From assembly GCA_965649825.1 (NCBI GenBank), contig OZ287700.1, positions 186,001 to 250,000 on the forward strand: a DNA stretch of 64,000 nt. Reading direction: 5' to 3'. Source of the stretch: Penicillus capitatus. Lineage: Eukaryota; Plantae; Chlorophyta. Within the stretch, counting starts at the first letter, position 1. Every line of letters starts with the position of its first letter. The notes below the pieces were generated by a model, which had not been told where the DNA came from, did not search any database, and saw only the letters and a program-made list of their open reading frames with translations. Position numbers and translations under genes: made by a program. This document shows positions 1 to 11,488 of this stretch, piece after piece.

Positions 1-320
1 AATCTAAGCGTCGTTGCTTGCTTGCTTGGATCGTGTATCGGAAGCGATGTCCGAACGTGACGTGCAAGAATCGAACCTCAGAAACTCGCACTTTATCGAA
101 CTTGATCACCTCTATTCGTGCAGCAATGAACAATCCGTATTGTAACTTATATATAATGATGCTCTTCTTACTCTCGTGTCTTTGACTCCATTCTGCTTCC
201 CGTTAGGTTCCGTTGCGATTCGTTTCAGGAAAAGCGTCATCCTTTGCAGAGAGTCGTTCGAACACATGTGCATCGACCATTCGCATCTCATTTTCGTGTA
301 CGACACATCCGGTTCGCTAC

Positions 321-753
321 ATGTCGTCTTTGAAGGTACCATCTGTGTCGAGAAGGCGGCGATTCATTTCGCACTGCGACAGAAAGAGATCTCGTGGTAT
401 GAAAACCTATTCGAATGGTGCGCTGTTAATCCATTGACTGCCGTCGGTACACGATCTTCACTTCCGACGCTCGCATCGCAGCGCATGTGTGTGTCAAGGG
501 AGCGCATGGGCAACAGTCCTTGGCGGATCCTTAGCATATCAGTGGTCACGTCCCATTCCTCTACAATTGAAGATCATACATTCGCGAATCTACGCTCAGG
601 TTCGGCAGATGAGATGCAAGATGAAGGTATGAGTGTTGGATGGCGAAGGGATTTACTGTGGCGGCGCTCTGTGCCACCGGTATCATCAAAACCATGCAAA
701 CGTCACATCAGAGCAAGCAACGAAGAGACTCATTGGAGAAACATTTGCCTTGA
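321..753 (+). CDS. HIG1-domain (hypoxia-responsive family) small membrane protein, 4 exons
   Basis: Splicing GT-AG introns 336-382, 447-498 and 600-648 gives MSSLKKEISWYENLFEWCAVNPLTAVGSAWATVLGGSLAYQWSRPIPLQLKIIHSRIYAQGFTVAALCATGII..., matching plant HIG1 proteins (W..N.L.AVG..W...G.S.AY.W...KIIH.R..AQ). TGTAA at 788-792. Confidence 0.85.
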
Positions 754-835
754 ACAAGTGAATCTCGTTTCCGTACTAAAACACTTTTGTAAACTTTGGA
801 TCCTCCCCGTCGACGGATTCCTCGAACACACGACT

Positions 836-3800
836 TTATTCTTCAGAATTGGACAGAAGAATCATATCTTCGTCGAGCTCAGGCGGCAGAGAACTGCCCG
901 TTTCATTTTCTGTGTCGCTCTGAGGCGGCGGCGGGTCATGATCGACACGGACGTCGGTGGAGATCATACGTGATGGTGATGTGACAGCTGAGGAGATCGT
1001 GGCAGGAGGATGCTCAAACGGCGTTTCTGCTTCGCAGTTCTGCGGCATCTCTGCCCCGCCTCGAGGCAGAACGGATTCTCCTGATGCAAAGCGATCTTCC
1101 GTTGACGTGACAGGTTCCACTTGACTGGATGCTTCCGCATGCTCTATGTCCTCCTTTTCGCTCTCTACTTCGTCGAAATCGTCTTCATACGAGTCAGCGT
1201 GACTGGCAGTCGATGATTCGCCCTCGATATCGTCCATCGCTCTTCTTTCAGCCACGATGACGTTTGGATTCGGCAAGCACGGCGATGACATCCCTTCGGC
1301 TGATGGGATCCCGTTTTCAACAGCTGACGCCGAAAAGAGCTCAGCAAATTTGGGAGGCACTGGCAAGACAGGAACATTCGACAGCCACTCTCCGTTGCAC
1401 GGTATTGGCAGACACGGACTGCTAAGAGCATCCTTGGATCCCAAATCCACCGTCACAGGCACCGTGACAGAATCTAGCGAATGCGAAACGAAAGGACGAC
1501 ATTCCCACGGAATCGCAACGGGACTGGGTTGAGCGATCACTTGAGCCGATTCCCCAAGAACAGTCGCCAGTGCTGTGCTCAACGATGTTGATGCCTCAGC
1601 AACGCACGCACTCTTTGTCGTTGGACAAGAAACGGCGACGGCTGGCTGTTCGGGAGCCTCGGGCACATGAAGCAGCGTGAGAAGTCGCTGAGCGTTTTCT
1701 TGCATGCATGGGAGATTGGCTTTGGAGACAGCATCGTTTGGATCACCCGTAGCGTCTGACGGCTCAGAATCGCCCGTCTCCGAAACGCCATCGGTATCGT
1801 CCGACATCGACCCAGCAAAGATCCCCTCAATTCTGGAACGTATGGCGGTGTCTTCTACCAAAGACTGTCGCAAAGTGCTTCTGGGAAAGAATGTCGATCC
1901 TCCAATGTCCACAGGATCTCCTCCAGCCGCATCCCATGTCATCAGAGAGCGTTTCATCTCCTCCTTCAAGATCTCGATGCGATGCCTCAATGCATCCTCC
2001 TCTTTGGCCAGGTCTTGAAAACGTTCTTTCCTCTTGAAGTGGAGAAACGATGTTGAGTGATGGTCCTCGTGGCGATCGATATCAGCAGTCCAGGGATCTG
2101 GAGCTTGGCAATAAGTCCCTCGTTCCTCCTTAGCCGCTCCTTGCCCGTTCGTATTTAAATACTGCTCTCGCAGATGTTGGACCTTCATCTTGAGACCACA
2201 ATTCTCGCGTTCGGACTCTTCGAGGAGCTTTCTGGCATCTGCCAATTTCGACAGCGCATGTTGACTGTTCTCTGCTGCCTACAGCACATCCATCACGCGC
2301 CGTTGACTTGGTGGTCATAGACAAGTGCATATCTACACGCACTTGTGTCATCAGTCCATCCATGTGTTGGCATTTTATCTTCCATCCATCTCTTTCGCGC
2401 CGAAGTCTCTTCGCGCGGCATTCTGCAGCTCTCGTCTTTTCCGTCTCTTTGCGCATCTTGGTCTTCATATCCGTCATACGTGCGTGGGATGCGTTCATTT
2501 GTTGCAGGAGTTCCTTTACCACTGTCACTCGATTCGCCTCGCCTGACACACAACGCTCACTCTCGTACGCTTAGCTGATGAAGACCTGCCTGTGGCGGCT
2601 GGCAACAGAGGCAATCCCTCAGATACACGAAAGGACGCAAGCAGCGCTTTTTGAAACTCTGCCATCTCGGACTGCATCTTCCTGAGCCGATTTATCAGAA
2701 TCCCTTCGTTCTCTCTTAGTCGGCACACATTCTCCTGTGCTTGTCTCAGACGATCGCGCAGGGTGCGCTGCTCCTCTTTGTCGCGCTCCACTCCACTCCT
2801 CCACTCACGTCGCTGTCGTTCGAGTCTCGACTGCTCGGACTGTACACGACTGGATCTGAATAGGAGAGCGGCTGGATGGATGGGTACTTGAAGCGAGAGC
2901 TTGGTCTGGATCAGTTCTTGGTGCTCGGTAGCGAGACGCTGTTGTGCCTGGAGATGCGCCTGTACCTCTATCTGTTTCTCTTTCGTCGACCATGCCAAGA
3001 TTCTGTCCTGCAGTCCGTGTTCGGCACTCATAAGCGACTGCTCGCGTTGCTTCAGCTGTAGCTCCAACTGCTCCGTGTGTCGCTAGAAGAGAGCGCGACG
3101 TTGTATGGCGTGCATTTCGCCGTCACACGTACCAAACGCTCGGCGACGGCTCTTTCGAGTGTCACGCGATGCTCCTGTAGCATTTGCTCTTCTCTGCGCC
3201 GTTTCTCCTGGTGCGCGGACAAAGCGCGTTCGAATTCTGCCCGTTGTCTCTGGACATCATCCATCAGACAGCGCTCTTTCTCTCCTAACGCGTCCACTCG
3301 AGCCTAAAACGCATGCACCCCTGTGCGAGCACAGACACCGCGATCTATCGGCAGCACCTGATAGGCAGCATCGAGATGTTCCTTGTGTATCTGCACGTGT
3401 CTTTGCCACTCTTGCGCTTCCTTCTGTCGTATGTCTTGGATCTCGTCTGAACGGAATCGTTGTACCTGATATCACCGTATTGCTGCTCCCTGTGGCGTTG
3501 CGTCGACCGATACCCGTTGCTCGACTTCTGCTTCCACTTGCTGATGGTGGCGCTTCTTGACTTCGTGCACTTCTTGTTGGAAAGCTTGAATCGCGGCAAA
3601 GTAGCTCGATTCCAGCTGCTTTAAATACTTTTGTGGCCCGTTCTCGTCATCCTTTGTCTGCGAGACAGAGTTCAGAAAAGCTGCCATGCTCTCCAGCAAC
3701 GCTATCAAAAATCCTGCCCACAACGATCGGGTCAAACGCAAACGGAACGATGCGTTGTTGCCTTGGTTCGCATTTTTGGCGAGGATGTCGCTAACGGTCT

Positions 3801-4182
3801 GAACGAATTTTGGCCATCCGTTGAGGCCGAGTACCCGAAGGCTTTCCATCGGCGTCGGCGCCTGAGCGGTCTCGACGCCACTCTCCGCAGCATAGATGGA
3901 GAGACTGTAGTGATAGCCATGTCGTTCGAGGTATTGCGCGATCATATGATCCACCGCGCCCGTCTGTCCCGACGGTTTTCTTCCGATATCGACCAAAGCA
4001 GCGTCATGCTTCTTCTTGAGCTCCTGCAGAATCTCGCAACGCATTTTTGCCTAAGGTCATCCATCGTTTTCGTCCCGCATTCATATCGCCAAGCCATGGA
4101 CCTTGATCTGTTGCGCAATGCCACTGTTCTTGAGCTCAACATAGAGGTGGCGGCGCTTCTCGTCCACATCTGATGTTGCCAT
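836..4182 (-). CDS. OFD1: OFD1-like centriolar/basal-body protein (N-terminal LisH, long coiled coil, acidic disordered tail), multi-exon
   Basis: Spliced N-terminus MATSDVDEKRRHLYVELKNSGIAQQIK/AKMRCEILQELKKK and LisH HMIAQYLERHGYHYSLSIYAAESG resemble the OFD1 N-terminus. ORF pieces 3472-4044, 3052-3297, 2525-3067, 2130-2549 and 836-2245 are coiled-coil or low complexity. Confidence 0.65.
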
Positions 4183-4715
4183 GCCACGACGGCGCCAAAG
4201 TAACGACGGATAGTCTGATAGAACGTCAAAGCTGCGCAGATGATCATTTTGACGCGAGATGGCGACGGCGATCCATTGAGCGCATTGTTGGGGGATGGGG
4301 TCATCATGTGGCCTACCGTTTCACCCGAGAGGCGCCCTTTTATCAGGGGGTCGCTTTTCTGATGGTCTTATCAGTCACGACTGTACTCGAACAGGATTTG
4401 TTCTTCAGTCGGCAAAACCGTGACGGTGCACCAAAAGTGCCCGACACCCACATCCGATGACGAGATCGTCCCGGACGAAGCGATGAACTCGGGAAAGCGC
4501 TCGCGCTCAACGGGAACTGACCCTCGAAAGGGATACACTGAGGATCTCTCCCATACCATTTTACTCAATCTCTGCACCCCTATCAATCTAGCCCTCTCTC
4601 TCACCCTCTAGTTTAACAAAATCTGCCCGTCTGTTTTTTGCGCCCCGTCTGCGCTGTCTTCTTTTCGAGGCGCATCGTTGAACCCGATCATGTTCAACAT
4701 GATGTGCATTTAATA

Positions 4716-4723
4716 TTGGCGCG
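4716..4723 (+). promoter_or_regulatory. Possible E2F-like site (TTGGCGCG) upstream of RNR2
   Basis: Close match to the TTTSSCGC consensus about 40 nt upstream of an S-phase gene known as an E2F target in plants. Short motif, could be chance. Confidence 0.3.
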
Positions 4724-4759
4724 TTTTGCAATTCGTTATCATTTGCGTCGTGTTTCGCG

Positions 4760-6198
4760 ATGGAGAAAGAGAATGTGGATAGTCCACTCACGAGCAAGAA
4801 GGGCCAAACGGCACAGCTGGGCGATCCATTGCTCGATGAAAACCCCGACCGCTTCTGCATCTTTCCGATCAAGTACGACTCCGTCTGGGAATACTACAAA
4901 AAAGCGGAAGCGAGTTTCTGGACGGGTATTGCGATCATTGAAACGGATGTGACGTCTCACTCTTTTTGTCCGTATCGCAGTCGAGGAAGTCGATCTGGGA
5001 GCGGATGTGCGTGACTGGGAGAAGTTGACCACCGACGAGCAGCACTTCATCAAATACGTTCTCGCTTTCTTTGCGGCCTCTGACGGCATCGTCATCGAAA
5101 ACCTCGCCACACGCTTCCTGAGAGAGATCCAGATTCCCGAAGTGACGTTCTCTCCTGTTAGGTACCTCGGATGAGCGTCTTGTCACATAGGCTCGGTCTT
5201 TTTACTGCTTTCAATTGGCCATCGAGAACATTCATTCGGGTGAGATGGCGAAAAGAGTGAGAAAGAGTGAGAACTGATGTGTGATGTAGAGATGTACAGT
5301 TTGCTGTTGGAAACGTACATCCGCGATCCGGTCGAGAAGGACCATCTCTTTCATGCGATTCAGACCATTCCTGCCGTTCGCAAGAAGGCAGAGTGGGCAC
5401 TGAAATGGATCGACAGGTTACACCATTCTCACTCTTTTGCTTTGAAGCGATGGATGGATGCCACAGTGCGACGTCCTTTGCCGAGCGACTGGTCGCCTAC
5501 GCCGCCGTCGAAGGAATTTTCTTTTCCGGAAGGTTACATACCATTGACGGCGCGCCATGCAGAAGAGTGACAAAAGTGTGAGATGTGTAGTTTCTGCGCC
5601 ATCTTTTGGCTGAAGAAGCGAGGACGCATGCCGGGCTTGACATTTTCCAATGAACTCATCTCGAGGGATGAAGGATTGCACACCGATTTCGCTTGTCATC
5701 TCTACAGGTCTGCTCTCTGCCACTTCTCGTCCATATGTTCCCTCTTCTCTGCAGCCTCCTTCAGACGCAGCTCTCTCCGACCATCATCACAGACATCATT
5801 ACCGATGCTGTGCAGATCGAGACAGAATTCGTTTGCGATTCCTTGCCCGTTGCGTTGATCGGTATGATCCCTCATCTTCCTCTCTGGCGATTGGACGTAT
5901 GGACGGTATTCAGGGATGAATGGCCCACAGATGAGTCAATACATTGAGTTTGTGGCAGATCGACTGTTGTTGGCTCTGGGGTGCTCGAAAGTGTATCACT
6001 CCGCCAATCCGTTCGATTTTATGGAACAGATATCTCTACAGTATGTCTTTCTCTGCCCCATTGCTGTTTGTCACTGTCCACGTCGACAGGGGCAAGACGA
6101 ATTTCTTCGAGAAGCGAGTGGGAGACTACCAGAAATCGGGAGTCATGTGCAAAACGAACGAGGAGCACAAGCAGTTCAGCACGGATGCAGACTTCTGA
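4760..6198 (+). CDS. RNR2: Ribonucleotide reductase small subunit (R2), 8 exons
   Basis: Motifs [49 protein letters not shown] and [14 protein letters not shown]; seven GT-AG introns of about 47-58 nt restore the frame. Confidence 0.97.
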
Positions 6199-6295
6199 AC
6201 GCGCATGTGGAGGACCTAACGAATGAGACAGCTATCGACTACACTGCACGACGATGTGAGAAACGGACACAAAGTTTACTCGACATGCGTTTTCG

Positions 6296-7430
6296 TTAAA
6301 CCACGCGTTCCGATCTTCGCTTCTTTGTCTTTTTCTTTATTTCTTTGAAGCTCTTTGTCGATGGTGCGCTCCCTGCGGCAGCTTTGATCTCAGATGCGCT
6401 GCTCTCGACGATGCCATCATCAAAGAGCGTGCGTGTGCCTCGGTTTGCCTCTCCGCCGCCAATTCTGTCGCGCTTTCGACGTTGACCCAGTCCTGCACGT
6501 GTTTGCACATGCGACGAGATCCGATCGCATCTCTGAAACAAACCTTGCTTGGAAGTCGGTGCGGCGCGTTGGAGTCGATCGTAGAGCTCGGATGTGTCCT
6601 TCTCCGAAAGAGCCTTCATCGACGTCACTCTTTGTGAAGAGTGAGAAGAACGCCTTTCTTTCTGAATCTCGTTCAAAGTACCGGCACGGACGAACATCGC
6701 CTTCCACCACCTACGTCCAGTCATCACACCAGGCAAAAGTGTGACATGGCGACAGACGCATTCTCATTGTCCAGCGATGACGGGAAGGACGAAGGTGAGC
6801 AAACGACCGGATCCGAGGTCACATATGTTTCTTGGTTTTCGGGATTCTGTCCCAGAATGGCAGCTAGATCGGCCTCGGAGTAACTCTTGACCATTTTGGC
6901 GCGTTCTTGTTTTGCGTACCGTCCACGATGAGCTTTCGCTTTGGGCTTCTCAAGCTTCGCTCTTTTCTGTCGATCACACAACGGCCTCACGTTTGGACGA
7001 TCTGTTCACACTTTCTCACTTTTTTTGATTTCTTCTCGGAGGCAGCAATATCTGCACGCACTTCTGTCAAGTTCTTAAGTACTGCCTCAAATCGGTGCGT
7101 GTTTCCTTCCCATCGTTTATGCCGCTTATCCAATGCTTCATCCTAACCTCCATTCAAAAAGAAAACGTCGACCGATATCCAGATTCGAAAGGAGAGCAAG
7201 ACCACTCCGATTCCTTGTTTCCCTACTCGAGCTTTGGCACGAATGTGTTTCTTGATACCCGATCCATCCAACCCCTGCGGCAAAGCGATCACGCATATGG
7301 CGTCTGTGTGTTATGTACGTACCAATCCTTGTCCTTCTGTCCACCCCATCGACGTCAGAAGCTTGTATCCCGCCGAGTCTTTGCGCACTCCCTGATACAC
7401 AACGTGTGCATCTCTTCCAAACGTCTCCAT
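6296..7430 (-). CDS. G-patch domain protein (PinX1/GPATCH4-like nucleolar protein), multi-exon
   Basis: N-terminal G-patch [27 protein letters not shown], then [27 protein letters not shown] and [17 protein letters not shown], as in plant PinX1-like proteins; Lys-rich tail. Confidence 0.8.
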
Positions 7431-7589
7431 GGAGCCGCCAAGACGCACAGGATCCTGCTGCTAAGGTCGAAACGTCCCATCACACGTCACATCTGCGCAT
7501 TGCGGCGTGTTGCTGTCCCTTCGACAGGCGCGTGGCGACACGAATACGAGCATCATCTCCATCGTTACGTTAACGACATTGACGGCGCA

Positions 7590-8240
7590 ATGGCGGTCGT
7601 TCCGCTGATGTCCGAGTCGCGGCTGCGTCTGCCAAGAGATGGACGACGTGTGTTATCCCTCTACCGAGGCCACCGAATACACACAGCATCCAGAAACGGT
7701 CAACCTCGTTGGCGAAGAGCTGCCTTACGTCTTCGGGCTTCTGGCACGTTCCCTAACGCGACCAATGTCGAACAGCGCCTTGAAGCGGCACTCAAACGCA
7801 TGGAGAGATTGGAAGCAACGGTTAAACGCATGGAAGAAAGCATCAACGATCTGGCACAAGATATACGATTCCAACGGGCGCTTTCTGTGCTCCCGGATGA
7901 CAGCAGTAGCAGTAGTAGCAGCAGTGAGAGCAGCATGAGTAGTGGAGAGGAATGTCTGACGCCGACGATCTCATCAGTGGCCGGCCGTGTCACCGTCTGC
8001 ATGGGCAAGGACTGCCAAAAACAAGGCAGTAAAGATCTGCTCAAGAAAGTTGAGTCGGTTATGACGTCGCATCCAGAGATGAATAATGTGACGGTTAAGA
8101 CGTGCAAGTGTCTAGACGAGTGTGGCAAGGGACCTGTGATCTCAGCCAAGTTTGGCAAGAAGAAAGGCCAGAAACACAAGAAAGTGAAGGGCAAGGCTGT
8201 GGAGTCGCTTTTACTCAAACAAATGCACAAAGCGGAATGA
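7590..8240 (+). CDS. DGAT3: DGAT3-like soluble protein with thioredoxin-like [2Fe-2S] domain, probable plastid transit peptide, intronless
   Basis: Arg-rich N-terminus, short coiled coil, poly-Ser SSSSSSSSESS, then VTVCMGKDCQKQG...CKCLDECGKGP, the cysteine pattern of plant/algal DGAT3. Confidence 0.75.
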   Translation: MAVVPLMSESRLRLPRDGRRVLSLYRGHRIHTASRNGQPRWRRAALRLRASGTFPNATNVEQRLEAALKRMERLEATVKRMEESINDLAQDIRFQRALSVLPDDSSSSSSSSESSMSSGEECLTPTISSVAGRVTVCMGKDCQKQGSKDLLKKVESVMTSHPEMNNVTVKTCKCLDECGKGPVISAKFGKKKGQKHKKVKGKAVESLLLKQMHKAE

Positions 8241-8312
8241 ACAGATATGAAATACGCGTTTGCGCATATATATGTCACTCGATCTCAAACATCCTCGCCG
8301 CTTTCTTGACAT

Positions 8313-11300
8313 CTAGACTTTGGACGTCGTTGTAGACTCCGCCTCCTCTGGCTTCGTCTCGGATGATGCGTCGACATCGAGAGCCGTGGTGGACTCTGTT
8401 TCTTCTGGCTCATCCTCGGATGTTGCTTCGACATCGGCAGGCGTGGCGGCCGCCGCCTCCTCTGACTTCGTCTCGGATGTTGCTGTTGCTCCGACATCGG
8501 CAGGCGTGGACTTTGCTTCCTCTGGCTCATCCTCGGATGTTGCTTCGACATCGGCAGGCGTGGCGGCCGCCGCTTCCTCTGGCTCATCCTCGGATGTTGC
8601 TGTTGCTCCGACATCGGCAGGCGTGGACTTTGCTTCCTCTGGCTCATCCTCGGATGTTGCTTCGACATCGGCAGGCGTGGCGGACTCTGTTTCCTCTGGC
8701 TTCGTCTCGGATTCGGTTTTGAGATCAGGAGGTGTGGTAGTGGCGGTGGGTGGTTGTGGCAACAGAGCACGTCGCGAGAAGCTGTATTTGTTTTGTGCAT
8801 TGCACGAGAGGACTTTCACATCGAATCGATCTCCTATTTTGACCACCGTCTTGACATCTTTCACACGCTCCGCCGAGATCTCTGAAAGGTGAACGAGCCC
8901 TTCTCTGCCAGGAGCAATACTCACAAACGCGCCGAACGATTTGATGGACACCACCACGGCGTTCTTGATCACTTGACCGACTGTGAGCTTTCCAACTGTT
9001 AGCTGGATCAGTTCGGACGCGCGTTCGACGTCTTCGAAGGAGGACCCATTGATTTCGATCTCCCCTGAGGCGTCGATGAGAAGTGTCGTCTTGCTCTCCT
9101 CCTCGAGGGCACGGACCGTTTTGCCGCCAGGTCCGATCAACTTGCCGACGTTGGCGGAATCGATTGACGTGAGCTTGATGTGCGGAGCGAGTGGTGAGAT
9201 CTCGCAACGCGCACGGGGACGACACTTGTCCATTTCTTTGAGGATATGCTTCCGGCCACTCTTTGCTTGCGTCAGCGCCGCCGAGAGAATCTTGTAGGTC
9301 ACTCCAGGAACTTTGACATCCATCTGAAGGGCAGTAATGGCATCGGCGCTTCCGGCCACCTAAAAACGATCGATCTGAGATGCTGTCTGCCAGAGATGCT
9401 TGTGACCTTGAAGTCCATATCACCTAAGGCATCTTCCGTTCCCATAATGTCACTCAAAACCGTAAAGGATTCATTGTCGGCATCGATCATCAGTCCCATC
9501 GCAATACCGGCGATTGGCTCCAAGAGCGGCACACCTAACACAGATCTCTCATCTCGGCCTGGAGACAAGAGAGAGCTCAGTACCGGCGTCGAGCATAGCA
9601 AGACATGCGCCACAGACAGATGCCATGGAGCTTGATCCATCGCTTTCTGTGATCGTGCTTTCGACACGTATGGTGTAAGGAAAGTGCTCGACATCTGGGA
9701 CAGCAGCTGACAGTGCCCACGTCGCCAGTTGTCCATGGCCCAATTCTCGTCGACCAGGATACAGCGTAAATCGCCGGACTTCGCCGACACTGGCAGGCGG
9801 GAAGAAATACTGGAGGTAGAATCGCTGAAGTTCTTCTTCCTGTAAGGTATCGATCTTCTGCCCCGCTTTCTGGCTGCCTAACTGGTGCATGCATCTCTCT
9901 TTGATGTGACAGAAGAGTGAGATATCGCACCCAGTGTCGCCACACACAACGCCTGTGTATTTCCTCGAGTAAACAGCGCACTGCCATGCGTTCTGGGCAA
10001 GATGTTCGCCGAAGAATAAATCGGTCGAATGCTCTCTGCTGTACGACCATCCAATCTCACCCCTTTCTCCAGCATCTGCTCCCGTAGGATCCTGGATTCG
10101 CACGCCTACCATCACACGTATGCCTTTCGTCTACAGATAGGACAAAAGCAGAGAGGTCATGCACATGGTATGCTCGCCTGACTGAGAATTTGTCAACAGC
10201 CATATCCAGTTCAGGTTGTTCGGCCTCTGTGAGAAAACGCTTTTCGATCTTCTCCCAGAGCAACGCTCGATCGCTGTTGCGTTCTTTCTTCGATGGCTTG
10301 GAGAAGATCTCGACGACGTCGTCGTGGCAGAAGTCGTAGACTGCATTTGTCAGATCTGAAGGAATAGGACGGATGCCGTCTGTCATCTTTTCTTTCCCTA
10401 CCTCCGCAATCCACCTCTCCAGTTTCTCAGAAACGCGTTTTACATATTTCAATCCGCTCTCTAAGGCCTGTCACATCACGTCACATCATAAAAGAGTGAT
10501 GTCTTTGGTCACACTTTGAGAAAATCTTCCTCTTTGATGAAGTCGGCACTGGTTTCGATCATCACGATGCCGTCGGTCGTCCCTGCCATGACCAAATCCA
10601 GTCGACTGTTCTCCTGTTCCTCGGCTGTCGGGTTCACAACGACGTCATCGTCAATCCATCCCACACGCACGCCGACGACAGGTTTCTCAAAAGGCAGATC
10701 CGAGAGCGCCAGGCAGACGCCAGCTGCCGTAATCGCCAGTGGCTGCGTCGAATTGATGTTGTCATAACTCATGACAGTTTCCAGAATCTGCGTCTCTTTT
10801 GACCAGCCCTCTGGAAACAGTGGCCGTATCGACCGATCGACGATCCTCGATGTCAACACTTCGTGATCTCTCTGGCGTTCTCTCTTGATGAACCCCTGCC
10901 TAAACACACAACGCGCCTTGAATTGTCGCGTTTGATCAAACAGAGACCCAGCATCTCACGCCGTGCGGCCAACAGAACTGAGTTTCTCCACGTAATCCAC
11001 CGTCAACGGAACGAAGTCCAGCAAACTGGCTTCCGGTTTACAGCATGCCGTGGTGTAGATCACCTAAGAGAGAAATCAACAAAAGAGTGAGAACAGTGTG
11101 ATGACCGTGTCTCCTTGTCGAGCCAGCACAGCGCCATTCGCCTGTCGTCCAATGGCACCCGTCTCGATCACGAGCGCCCTCTCGTCACTCGTACTGTCCA
11201 AGGCGAACCTTTCCGGCTCTAGAGGAGCGTACGGATCCTCATAGCCATTCTGCGTGGCGTGCAGACGCGAGAGGACCCTCCTGCTGGACCCTCTCCGTCT

Positions 11301-11435
11301 GCCAGTCGCGGCGGTGTCCGATCCTCGAAGCGGATCTTTGCGACAGGCCAGACGCCGATCGTCTCGACTGCGCGAGTGAGGGGTTGTCGCGATAGGCGAA
11401 GACCAATGCCGCGCAAGAACGTTCTCGACCAACAT
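8313..11435 (-). CDS. PNP: Chloroplast polyribonucleotide nucleotidyltransferase (PNPase) with acidic repeat tail, 8 exons
   Basis: Two RNase PH domains ([13 protein letters not shown]; [49 protein letters not shown]), KH (GKLIGPGGK) and S1 ([20 protein letters not shown]); transit-peptide-like start at 11435. Confidence 0.95.
8400..8705. repeat. 117-bp period coding tandem repeat (about 2.6 copies) in the PNPase C-terminal tail
   Basis: TCTGGCTCATCCTCGGATGTTGC recurs at 8404, 8521 and 8638 (plus an internal sub-repeat); encodes [31 protein letters not shown] units. Confidence 0.9.
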
Positions 11436-11488
11436 ACGTCTGTACCCGACGAGGTTCAATTGTACGACACTGTCGGTGTATACATAGA

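Noticed and set aside
176-973. 265-aa ORF as one protein
   Set aside because: It runs through HIG1 introns and antisense into the OFD1 3' end; the spliced HIG1 model explains the region.
10094-10190. Possible extra GC-AG intron in PNPase
   Set aside because: A 59-nt GT-AG intron gives the conserved frame ([18 protein letters not shown]); the GC option leads to a stop.
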